From NCBI GenBank assembly GCA_963826115.1, contig CAWGVS010000005.1, positions 192,001 to 256,000 of the forward strand: a stretch of 64,000 nucleotides of DNA, written 5' to 3'. Under the pieces are notes generated by a model. That model had not been told where the DNA came from, ran no database searches, and saw only the letters and a program-made list of their open reading frames with translations. Shown piece by piece: positions 20,534-29,219 of the stretch. A program made the translations under genes and the position numbers. This stretch comes from an uncultured Candidatus Rokubacteria bacterium. GTDB taxonomy: Bacteria; Methylomirabilota; Methylomirabilia; Rokubacteriales; DASRDR01. Within the stretch, counting starts at the first letter, position 1. The number at the start of each line of letters is the position of its first letter.

Positions 20534-20749
20534 ATGGCAGAGGACGTGCGCGCCCACATCACGGGCGTGGTGTTCCAGATCGTTACCGGTGCCGGCAGCC
20601 GGGTGGCGGCGGGCGACCCGATCCTGATCCTGGAATCGATGAAAATGGAGATCCCCGTGGAGGCGCCGCGCGCGGGGGTGGTGCGAGAGCTGCGAGTGGC
20701 CGAGGGCCAGACCGTCCAGGAGGGTGACGTCGTCGCCACCCTGGACTGA
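20534..20749 (+). CDS. Stand-alone biotin carboxyl carrier protein
   Basis: 71 aa with ESMKME biotinylation motif. Confidence 0.9.
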   Translation: MAEDVRAHITGVVFQIVTGAGSRVAAGDPILILESMKMEIPVEAPRAGVVRELRVAEGQTVQEGDVVATLD

Positions 20750-20756
20750 AAATGAG

Positions 20757-20788
20757 CCGGCCGGCCAGTCGTGAGACTGGCCGGCCGG
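20757..20788. terminator. GC-rich hairpin between convergent genes
   Basis: Perfect 14-bp stem CCGGCCGGCCAGTC-GTGA-GACTGGCCGGCCGG; only a weak U-tract on the - strand. Confidence 0.6.
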
Positions 20789-20820
20789 TAACGGTTCCCG
20801 GGGCCGCGGAGCCGCCCCGC

Positions 20821-22413
20821 CTAGTTCTCGACGAAGCTCCGGAGGCCTCGCCCGCGGAGCGGCGAGCGCAGCTTGCGGAGAGCCTTGGCCTCGATCTGCC
20901 GGATGCGCTCCCGGGTCACGTCGAAGCGCTGGCCGACCTCTTCGAGGGTGTGCTCCCCCTCCTCGCCGATGCCGAACCGGAGGCGGAGGATCTGCGCCTC
21001 CTTCTCGGAGAGCCCGGACAGGGCCCGTTCCACCTGCGCCGTGAGGTCGTCCGACAGGAGCGTCTCGACCGGCGACGGCGTCCGCTTGTCCTCGAGGAAG
21101 TCGCCGAGATCGGAGTCCTCCCCGATCGGCGTCTCGAGCGACAGCGGCTTCTTGCACGACTCCAGGATCAAGCGCACCTTGCGAAGCGGCAGGGCAGCCC
21201 GCTTGGAGAGCTCCTCCGGCGTCGCCTCCCGCCCAAGCTCCTGGAACAGCCCCCGGTTGACCCGCGCGAGCCGGTTCAGGGTCTCGATCATGTGCACCGG
21301 GATCCGGATCGTCCGCGCGTGGTCGGCGATCGCCCGGGTGATCGCCTGGCGGATCCACCACGTCGCGTAGGTCGAGAACTTGAACCCGCGGCGGTACTTG
21401 AACCGGTCGACGGCCTTCATCAGACCGATGTTGCCCTCCTGGATGAGGTCCAGGAGCGGCATGTCGTGGTTCAGGTATCGCTTGGCGATCGACACCACGA
21501 GGCGCAGGTTGGCCTCCATCAGGGCCTTCTTGGCCTGCCGCACCTCGAACTCGCCCGCGTCCAGGTCGCGCATGACCGCGACCGCGCGCTTGACCGGCAG
21601 CCCGATCTCGGTTTCGAGGACGCGCGCCTGCTTGCGGAGCTCGGTCTTCGCGCTCTTGTCGGCGGCGCCCTCGACCTGCTTCTGGAGACCGATCAGCTCG
21701 GTCGCGAGCGCGCGGAGGCGCGCGACCCAGCGGTCGACCACGATCGGCTTGAGGGGAAGGTCCCCGAGCAGGCGCACCCGGTCCTGGTGGTTCTGGGCGA
21801 TCCAGTCCTGGATGCCCTTGATCGTCGACTCCTTGCGGGCCCGGTTCCGGGACGCCTCGAGCTCGCCGAGCTCACGGTCGAGCCGGCGGATCTGGGCGAA
21901 CACGTTCTGGACACGCCGGAGCTCGCTCTCGGTGAGCTCGGTGCCGTCGAGGGCCTCCAGGTACTGGTCGGACTCGACCTCGTGCTTCCGCAGCCGCTCG
22001 GCCAGGTCCATCAGCTGCCGGCGGACCAGGGGGACCGCCATGATCGCCCGGCGGACACGCTCCTGGCCCCGCTCGATCTGCTGTCCGAGCCGGACCTCCT
22101 GCTCGGAGTTCAGCAGCGAGATGCGGCCGATCTCGCGAAGATAGAGGCGGACCGGATCCTCGGGGCTGCTGAGGCTCTCCTCGGTCGGCTCCTCGTCTTC
22201 TTCCGCTCCCCGGTCGTACTCGTCCGGAGCTGCGGTCAGGTTGTCCTCGGTCTCGACCGGGGCTCCGAGATCAAGGCCGTGGAGGACCTCCTCCACCTTT
22301 TCCGCGGGGACCAGTTCCCCGGGAGGCTGGTTCAGCCCCTCCTCCGGCTTGGCCTGTCGGCTCCTGGACACGGCCACCGAGGAGTTGCGCTCGTGCACGC
22401 CTCGCTGAAGCAT
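20821..22413 (-). CDS. RpoD/SigA-type sigma70 factor
   Basis: [66 protein letters not shown]; start 22413 or 22419. Confidence 0.93.
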   Translation of the reverse strand: MLQRGVHERNSSVAVSRSRQAKPEEGLNQPPGELVPAEKVEEVLHGLDLGAPVETEDNLTAAPDEYDRGAEEDEEPTEESLSSPEDPVRLYLREIGRISLLNSEQEVRLGQQIERGQERVRRAIMAVPLVRRQLMDLAERLRKHEVESDQYLEALDGTELTESELRRVQNVFAQIRRLDRELGELEASRNRARKESTIKGIQDWIAQNHQDRVRLLGDLPLKPIVVDRWVARLRALATELIGLQKQVEGAADKSAKTELRKQARVLETEIGLPVKRAVAVMRDLDAGEFEVRQAKKALMEANLRLVVSIAKRYLNHDMPLLDLIQEGNIGLMKAVDRFKYRRGFKFSTYATWWIRQAITRAIADHARTIRIPVHMIETLNRLARVNRGLFQELGREATPEELSKRAALPLRKVRLILESCKKPLSLETPIGEDSDLGDFLEDKRTPSPVETLLSDDLTAQVERALSGLSEKEAQILRLRFGIGEEGEHTLEEVGQRFDVTRERIRQIEAKALRKLRSPLRGRGLRSFVEN

Positions 22414-22710
22414 CGTCACCTTCCTCCGATTCCCGCTTGGAACTGCTCTCCCGTCGTGCGCCCACTATGAGACGGACGAGGGGCTCGGAAAGTTTCCATG
22501 AGGACGTTTTTTCCGTGTCCTGCCACCCTTGTTCATGGGACGGGCCTCAAGTCACTATGGATTCGAGCAAAAGCTGGCATCTATCGACGGAGTGACCCCT
22601 TGCTGCCGGCCTTGTTGCCGCCTCCGACAGGCATCTTGTGCAAACATTCGGCCGACCAGGCTCCCCCCGGAGGCCGTCGCGGCGCTGTGCTAACATGCCG
22701 CCCGCCTGAC

Positions 22711-23910
22711 ATGCGCGCCGAGATCGTCAGCGTCGGCTCGGAGCTCCTCCTGGGTCAGATCATCGACACCAACGCCGCCTTCATCGCCCGGCAGTTGGCG
22801 GCGCTCGGGCTCGACCTCTTCCACAAGACGACCGTGGGTGACAACCTCGGGCGGGTGGCAGCGGCCCTCGAGACGGCCTTCGGGCGCGCGGAGGTCGTGA
22901 TCACGACGGGGGGGCTCGGCCCGACCGAGGACGACGTCACCCGGGAAGCTGTCGCGCGAGCGACCGGCCGCGAGCTCGAGTTCCACCCCGAGCTTCTCGA
23001 GCAGATCGAAGCCTTCTTCCGGGCACGGGGGCTCCCGCTGTCCCCGTCGAACCGGAAGCAGGCGTTCATCCCGCGCGGGGCGATCCCGCTTCCCAACCCC
23101 GTCGGCACCGCGCCCTGCTTCATTGTCGAGGAGGGGGACCGCACCCTCATCGTCCTCCCGGGGGTGCCGCGGGAGATGGAGTACCTCCTGCGGACCGGCG
23201 CCCTACCGCACGTCCGCGCGCGCTACGGGCTCCAGGCGTCCATCGTGTCGCGGCTGGTCCGCGTCGCCGGGCTCGGCGAGAGTCGCGTGGGCGAACTGCT
23301 CGCGGACCTCATGGCGAAAGGATCGAACCCGACCGTCGGCACGATGGCGCACCCGGGCCAGGTCGACGTCCGCATCGCCGCGAAGGGACCCGACGAGGCG
23401 TCGGCCCGGGTCCTGATCGCGCCGGTCGAGGCGGAGGTCCGGACCCGGCTGGGCGACACCGTGTTCGGAACGGACGGCGACACCCTGGAGGGGGCGGTCG
23501 GCGCGCGGCTCGTCGCCCGGGGCGGGACGCTCGGGCTCGTCGAGATCGGAACCGGTGGCCTCGTGTCGGAGCGGCTCACGAGCGTGTCCGGTATGGGAGG
23601 ACGGCTGGAATCCCTGGTGTCCACTCCGGATGGCGCGCGGAAGCGCCTGGGCGCGGCCTCGGAGTCGGCCGCCGACCTCGCGCGCGCGGTTCGGACGTGG
23701 GCGGGGAGCGACGTCGGCGCCGCCGTCGTCATGGCGGGCGCCGAGGGGGACGGGCCGAATCCCGTCCACCCCACGCGGATCGCGGTCGCGACCGCGGCAG
23801 GTCTCAGCGACGTCCAGCACCGCCCCGGCGGAGACCTGCGCCAGGTCCGGCTCCGGGCGCTCGTGCTGGCGCTCGACGCGCTCCGTCGAGCCCTGGCCGG
23901 CCCGGCCTGA
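22711..23910 (+). CDS. cinA: CinA family protein
   Basis: MRAEIVSVGSELLLGQIIDTN, TGGLGPTEDDVT, LPGVPREM; C-terminal domain degenerate. Confidence 0.88.
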   Translation: MRAEIVSVGSELLLGQIIDTNAAFIARQLAALGLDLFHKTTVGDNLGRVAAALETAFGRAEVVITTGGLGPTEDDVTREAVARATGRELEFHPELLEQIEAFFRARGLPLSPSNRKQAFIPRGAIPLPNPVGTAPCFIVEEGDRTLIVLPGVPREMEYLLRTGALPHVRARYGLQASIVSRLVRVAGLGESRVGELLADLMAKGSNPTVGTMAHPGQVDVRIAAKGPDEASARVLIAPVEAEVRTRLGDTVFGTDGDTLEGAVGARLVARGGTLGLVEIGTGGLVSERLTSVSGMGGRLESLVSTPDGARKRLGAASESAADLARAVRTWAGSDVGAAVVMAGAEGDGPNPVHPTRIAVATAAGLSDVQHRPGGDLRQVRLRALVLALDALRRALAGPA

Positions 23911-23926
23911 GCCGGCCTCGGCGCCC

Positions 23927-25201
23927 GTGGCCGGCTCCGTCGGCGTCGAGGAGGCGATCGGGCGCTTGAGGCCCGGCATGCGGGTCCTGCTTCCGCCCGG
24001 GTGCGGGGAGCCGTCGCCGCTGATCGACGAGGTCGTGCGCCAGGCCGAGCGCCTGCGGCCGCTCACGCTCATGGGCGGGCTCCACCTCGGTGGGTACCCG
24101 TTCGCGGCCCCCGAGCACGACGGGCGCCTCCGGTGGGTGACGTTCCACGGCGCGCCCGCCCTCCGCGAGGCCTTCGCGCGGGGCCAGGCGGAGTTCCTGC
24201 CGCTCCGCTACCACGATGCGCCCTGGGCCTTCGGGCCCGCGGGGCCCTGGCAGGCGGACGCCGTCCTCATCCAGACGGCGCCGCCCGACGAGGCCGGACG
24301 GCTGTCCCTCGGCGTTTCCACGAGCTATCCGCTCCCGGTGGCGCGCACGGCGCCGCTCGTGATCGCCGAGGTCAATCACCGGATGCCGCGGACCCTCGGC
24401 GACAGCGCGATCGCCCTCGACCAGGTCGGGGCCTGGGTCGAGACGGACCGCCCGCTCGTGTCCTACGCCTCGCCGGCGATCGGAGAGGTCGAGCGCCGGA
24501 TCGGGGAGCGCGTCGCGGAGCTCGTGCCGGACGGCGCGACCATCCAGGTGGGCATCGGCGCGACGCCGGAGGCGGTCGTCGCGAGCCTCGGCGGCCACCG
24601 GGACCTCGGCGTCCACTCGGCTCTCTTCGAAACGATGCTGCCGCTGCTCGAGCGCGGCGTCATCACGGGGGCGCCGAACCGCCGCCACCCTGGCTGCCTC
24701 GAGCTCGGCGAGATCATGGGCACCGAGCTGCTGTTCCGGTGGGCGCACGAGAATCCCCGCGTGTGGATGGCGCCCTCGACGACGATCCACGATCCGCGGG
24801 CCGTGGCGGGCATCGACCGCTTCGTCTCGATCAATTCGGCGATCGAGATCGACCTCACGGGGCAGGTCAACGCCGAGGCCTTCGGAGAGCGACAGGTGGC
24901 GGGGATCGGGGGCCAGTTCGACTTCGTGGTCGGAGCGGCCCTGGGCGGGGGCCGTTCGGTGATCGCGCTGCCGTCGACGGGACGGGGCGGGAAGGTCTCC
25001 CGCATCGTGGCTCGGCTCGCTCCCGGCACCCCGGTGACGACGCCGCGCTACCTGGTCGACTGCGTCGTGACCGACCACGGGCGCGCCGAGCTCCGCGGGC
25101 TCAGCGACGAACAGCGGGCGCGAGAGCTGATCCGGCTCGCCGACCCGCAGTTCCGCGAGGGTCTCGAGCGGGACTGGCGCGCGCGGGGTCAGGCCTCCTG
25201 A
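23927..25201 (+). CDS. Acetyl-CoA hydrolase/4-hydroxybutyrate CoA-transferase family
   Basis: DGATIQVGIG, SINSAIEIDLTGQVNAE, GGQFDF, VVTDHG; start approximate. Confidence 0.85.
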   Translation: MAGSVGVEEAIGRLRPGMRVLLPPGCGEPSPLIDEVVRQAERLRPLTLMGGLHLGGYPFAAPEHDGRLRWVTFHGAPALREAFARGQAEFLPLRYHDAPWAFGPAGPWQADAVLIQTAPPDEAGRLSLGVSTSYPLPVARTAPLVIAEVNHRMPRTLGDSAIALDQVGAWVETDRPLVSYASPAIGEVERRIGERVAELVPDGATIQVGIGATPEAVVASLGGHRDLGVHSALFETMLPLLERGVITGAPNRRHPGCLELGEIMGTELLFRWAHENPRVWMAPSTTIHDPRAVAGIDRFVSINSAIEIDLTGQVNAEAFGERQVAGIGGQFDFVVGAALGGGRSVIALPSTGRGGKVSRIVARLAPGTPVTTPRYLVDCVVTDHGRAELRGLSDEQRARELIRLADPQFREGLERDWRARGQAS

Positions 25202-25419
25202 TGCGCCCGGATGCCGGTGAAGACCTCCTCGTTCGTGGGGAAGCGGTACGTCTCGTCCTTCGAGTAGATGCGCTTGCCGTCGACGGTCACGTCAAACACC
25301 CCGCCGTGCCCCCCCTGGAGGCTAGCGGTGATCCCGAACTCCTTCTTGATGGCGGCCTGCAAACTGGAGGCCTGTGGGTAGTAGTCTCATTCCGTGCAGT
25401 AGGTGATCTGGATGTTCAC
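25189..25419 (-). CDS. Rdx family (SelW/SelT/SelH-like) selenoprotein, 76 aa
   Basis: AAAGGAGG RBS, GTG start; MNIQITYCTE-U-DYYPQASSLQAAIKKEFGITASLQGGHGGVFDVTVDGKRIYSKDETYRFPTNEEVFTGIRAHQEA; TGA at 25387-25389. Confidence 0.9.
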
Positions 25420-25532
25420 GTTGATGCCTCCTTTCCGGCTCGTCGAGCCAGGCTCGATGATAGCAGAGGCGGTGGTGCGGTGCGTGTCCAGCGAGCGGCT
25501 GGCGACGAGAGGACCCCGCGGGGAGAGATGGC

Positions 25533-26498
25533 GTGGCCACGGTCTGCGTGATCGGAAGCTCGAACCTGGATTTCACGGTGTCGGTGCCGCGGCTTCCCGG
25601 GGTCGGCGAGACCGTGTCGGGCGGCACGCTCGTCACGTCGCCGGGCGGCAAGGGCGCGAACCAGGCGGTGGCCGCTCGGCGGCTCGGCGGCGACGTGATG
25701 TTCGTGACGCTGCTCGGCGCCGACCCGATGGGCGACCGGCTGGCCTCCGCGCTCGCCGAGGCCCGGCTGCCGTCCGGGCCGGTCGAGCGCACGACCGAGG
25801 CGCCCACGGGCGTGGCCCTGATCGCCGTCGACCCCGAAGGGCGCAACCAGATCGCTGTCGCGCCGGGCGCGAACCACCGGCTGACGCCCGAGCTCGCGGG
25901 TCGCCACGTGGACCTGATCGCGCGCGCCACCGTGGTCCTCCTGCAGCTCGAGACGCCCATCGAGACGGTGCGCTGGGCCCTCACCGAGGCGCGGCGTCTC
26001 GGGAAGCGGACGGTGCTCAATCCCGCGCCGGCCCGCGTCCTTCCGCTGCCGGCCGACCTCCTGCCGCTGGTCGACTACCTCACCCCCAACGAGACGGAGG
26101 CGGGGCTCCTCACGGGGCGCCAGGTCGAGAGCCCGGAGGATGCGGAGGCCGCGGGCCGCGCCCTCCGCGACCGCGGCGTGTCGACCGTGGTGGTGACCCT
26201 GGGGGCGGCGGGGTCGGTTGCCGTGGGCCCGACCGGTACGGTCCGCACGCCGGCGTTTCCGATCGAGGCCATCGACACGGTCGGCGCGGGCGACGCGTTC
26301 AGCGGCGCGCTCGCGGCATCGCTGGCGGGCGGGGCGTCCCTGGAGGACGCGCTCCTGGTCGCCAGCGCGACGAGCGGCCTGACGTGCACGCGCCACGGAG
26401 CGGTGGACGCCATGCCCATGCGCGACGAGGTTGCGGCGCTGATCCGGCGACGAGTCGCGGGGACGCGCTCGACGTGGCTGGAATCCTGGATTCGATGA
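25533..26498 (+). CDS. rbsK: Ribokinase
   Basis: GSSNLD, PGGKGANQA, PNETEA, DTVGAGDAF. Confidence 0.9.
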   Translation: MATVCVIGSSNLDFTVSVPRLPGVGETVSGGTLVTSPGGKGANQAVAARRLGGDVMFVTLLGADPMGDRLASALAEARLPSGPVERTTEAPTGVALIAVDPEGRNQIAVAPGANHRLTPELAGRHVDLIARATVVLLQLETPIETVRWALTEARRLGKRTVLNPAPARVLPLPADLLPLVDYLTPNETEAGLLTGRQVESPEDAEAAGRALRDRGVSTVVVTLGAAGSVAVGPTGTVRTPAFPIEAIDTVGAGDAFSGALAASLAGGASLEDALLVASATSGLTCTRHGAVDAMPMRDEVAALIRRRVAGTRSTWLESWIR

Positions 26499-26524
26499 CG
26501 ACCGACGGGAGTGGAGGACACGGC

Positions 26525-27316
26525 ATGACTGACAAGACCCCGACGATCCTGACGGCATGCGCCGACGGGGTGGCGACGCTGACGCTGAACCGGCCGGAGG
26601 CGCGGAATGCGCTCGACATGACCATGCGCCAGGACCTCGAGGTCGCGCTGACGCGGCTCGACGCGGACCCGGGGGTCCGCGTGCTCGTGGTCCGAGGGGC
26701 GGGGGAGCACTTCAGCGCCGGCGGGGACGTCAAGCTCATGCGGGACAACCCGATGACGGCGGCGGAGGGCCAGTCGCGCGTGGAGGCGATCAACCGCGCC
26801 ATCGTGGCCCTTGCCCGGTTCCGCACGCCCACGATCGCGATGGTCGACGGCGCGGCGGCGGGCGCGGGCTGCAACATCGCGCTGGCCTGCGACCTCGTGG
26901 TGGCCTCGGAGCGGGCGCGCTTCGGCGAGGTCTTCGCTCGGATCGGACTGATCCCCGACGCCGGCGGCACCTACTTCCTGCCGCGGCGGGTCGGTCTCGC
27001 GCGTGCCAAGGAGCTGGTTTTCACCGCCGACATCATCGACGCCCGCGAGGCCGAGCGGATCGGGCTGATCAACCGCGTCGTGCCCACCGAGAACCTCGAG
27101 ACGGAGACGTTCCGGCTGGCGCGCCGGATCGCGGACGGGCCGCCCCGGGTGCTGGCGGCGGCGAAAACGCTCCTGGATCGCTCGCTGACCCTCGACCTCG
27201 AGTCGGCGCTTCACTGGGAGGCGCTGACCCAGGGGGACATGATCGCGAGCCCCGACCACCGCGAGGGGCTCCGGGCGTTCTTCGAGAAGCGGCCCGGACG
27301 GTTCTCGGGCGCCTAG
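26525..27316 (+). CDS. Enoyl-CoA hydratase/isomerase (PaaG-like crotonase)
   Basis: LNRPEARNA, FSAGGD, GAGCNIALACD, GLIPDAGG. Confidence 0.88.
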   Translation: MTDKTPTILTACADGVATLTLNRPEARNALDMTMRQDLEVALTRLDADPGVRVLVVRGAGEHFSAGGDVKLMRDNPMTAAEGQSRVEAINRAIVALARFRTPTIAMVDGAAAGAGCNIALACDLVVASERARFGEVFARIGLIPDAGGTYFLPRRVGLARAKELVFTADIIDAREAERIGLINRVVPTENLETETFRLARRIADGPPRVLAAAKTLLDRSLTLDLESALHWEALTQGDMIASPDHREGLRAFFEKRPGRFSGA

Positions 27317-27429
27317 GGCAAGGTCGGGCCCAAGGTCCTGTCGCGAAAGGGATTCCGAATCCTTGACAGCTTTCGAGAGCGGGGAGTAGGCTGGCGGCGT
27401 TTGTAACCCTCCCATCGCGAAAGGCAGCC

Positions 27430-28524
27430 ATGCGGAAAGCAAAGATCATCGGAACGGGGATGGCGGTGCCCGACTGCGTGGTGGACAACCACCTGCTCGC
27501 GCGCTGCTTCACCACGTCCGACGAGTGGATCATCCAGCGCAGCGGCATCAAGGAGCGCCGGGTCGTCCCGAGCACCTACCGCTTCCTGCGGAAGCTCGCG
27601 GAGGCGCCCGACAAGGCGGCCTGCATCCGGGAGGTCTACGAGCACGGGGTGGATGGCAGGATCGACGCGGAGGTGACCCCCGCCGACCTCGGGCGGGAGG
27701 CCGCGGAGATGGCCCTCAAGAACGCCGGGCTCCAGATCGGCGACATCGACTTCATCGTGGTCACCACGACGATTCCCGAGTACGCCTACCCGCATACGGG
27801 CGCCGTCATGTCCGCAAAGTTCGGCCTCACGTCGACGCCCGTCCTGAACCTCCAGCAGGGGTGCTCGGGGTTCGTCTACGCGCTGTCGGTGGCCGACGCG
27901 TTCATCCGGATCGGCACCTACCGGCGAGTGCTGGTGGTGGGGGCCGAGGCGCTCTCGACGATGCTCGAGTACTCGGATCGCGGCCGGGACATGGCCGTCC
28001 TCTTCGCGGACGGGGCCGGCGCCGTCGTGCTGCAGTCGGTCGACGCCACCTCGCGGAGCGGGTTCATCTCACACCACCTTCACCAGGACGGCACCATCCT
28101 CGACAAGCTGTTCGGGGAGATCTACGGTGCCTCGACCTATCCGATCGTGTCGAAGAAGAAGATCGACGACGGGAGGGTCAAGCCTTCCATGAACGGCCGG
28201 GTCGTCTTCGCCCACGCCGTTCGCCGCTTCAAGGAGGTCCTGCGGGAGGCGCTCGACGCCAACGACCTCGCTGTCGACGACATCGACTTCTTCCTCTTCC
28301 ACCAGGCCAACCAGCGCATCCTCGACGCCATCGCGGAATACGCCAAGATCCCGGAGCACAAGCTGTTCAACAACGTGCACAAGTACGGGAACACCTCAGC
28401 GGCCTCGGTGCCGATCTGTATCCACGAGGCCTACACTGCGGGGCGGATCCGCGAGGGGGACCTGGTCCTGACCGCGGCCTTCGGTGCGGGTTTCGCCTGG
28501 GGGGCGTCGCTCTTCCGCTGGTAG
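27430..28524 (+). CDS. fabH: Beta-ketoacyl-ACP synthase III family
   Basis: TSDEWIIQRSGIKERR, catalytic C (QGCSGF), HQAN, YGNTSAAS; TTGACA-18-TAGGCT upstream at 27363-27392. Confidence 0.88.
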   Translation: MRKAKIIGTGMAVPDCVVDNHLLARCFTTSDEWIIQRSGIKERRVVPSTYRFLRKLAEAPDKAACIREVYEHGVDGRIDAEVTPADLGREAAEMALKNAGLQIGDIDFIVVTTTIPEYAYPHTGAVMSAKFGLTSTPVLNLQQGCSGFVYALSVADAFIRIGTYRRVLVVGAEALSTMLEYSDRGRDMAVLFADGAGAVVLQSVDATSRSGFISHHLHQDGTILDKLFGEIYGASTYPIVSKKKIDDGRVKPSMNGRVVFAHAVRRFKEVLREALDANDLAVDDIDFFLFHQANQRILDAIAEYAKIPEHKLFNNVHKYGNTSAASVPICIHEAYTAGRIREGDLVLTAAFGAGFAWGASLFRW

Positions 28525-28527
28525 CCT

Positions 28528-28549
28528 GACGCCGTCCGACGACGGCGTC
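28528..28549. terminator. Possible hairpin between convergent fabH and T2SS operon
   Basis: GACGCCGTC-CGAC-GACGGCGTC 9-bp stem, no clear U-tract. Confidence 0.35.
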
Positions 28550-28607
28550 CCTTCGGAACCGTCAGGTCGTCCGTTGGTCCCGGTTCGGCAAGCCTCCCAG
28601 GGGCCTT

Positions 28608-29219
28608 CTATTCCTCGGCAAGCGGGGTAGGCGTCACTGCGGTCCCCTTGCAGGCGGAGTCCGCCGTGAGTCCGCTGGAGAAGAAGACCGTGACCGCGCC
28701 CTCGGTCTCGACGGACTGGCCGCGTCCGTCCCGGCCCTTGAAGGTGATCTGCACCGTGGCGCTGCCACCGTTGGGACCCTTGGTGCCGGCGGGTACCAGA
28801 ACCACGGCGAACGTTTGCGTGCTGGTGGCGGTGGTGGCGTTGGTACCGGTGCCGGTCGAGACCCCCGCAGGGATGAGCACGGCGGTTCCGAACGTGAACG
28901 TCCCGCCTGGGGTGCCGGGCGTCAGCGGGGTGATCGAGACCGTGTACGAGCGGATGGTGACGTTGTCGAGCGCCAAGGGGCCCGTGACGAGAGGGTTCTT
29001 GGGATTGTTGCGCAGCGTGACGCACGCCCCGGTCGTCGAGTTGTTCGAGGTGGACGAGGGGATGCTGGAGACGATTGCGGTGCCGTCCAGCGAGAACCCG
29101 TCGACCGTCAGGAAGACGAACGCGGTCCCGCTCTGCCCCGATCCGCCCTCGCAGGCGCCCAAGAGGAGGGCGAGGACCGCCGCCGCGAGCGCGTGGCGCG
29201 GACGCATCGCTCGCCTCAT
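28608..29219 (-). CDS. Thr/Gly-rich lipoprotein, last gene of T2SS operon
   Basis: Lipobox LLGAC; ATGA overlap with gspD stop. Confidence 0.7.
   Translation of the reverse strand: MRRAMRPRHALAAAVLALLLGACEGGSGQSGTAFVFLTVDGFSLDGTAIVSSIPSSTSNNSTTGACVTLRNNPKNPLVTGPLALDNVTIRSYTVSITPLTPGTPGGTFTFGTAVLIPAGVSTGTGTNATTATSTQTFAVVLVPAGTKGPNGGSATVQITFKGRDGRGQSVETEGAVTVFFSSGLTADSACKGTAVTPTPLAEE

Noticed and set aside
25387-25389. Nonsense mutation making the Rdx gene a pseudogene
   Set aside because: The TGA falls exactly at the CxxC/U redox position and is followed by a SECIS-like hairpin
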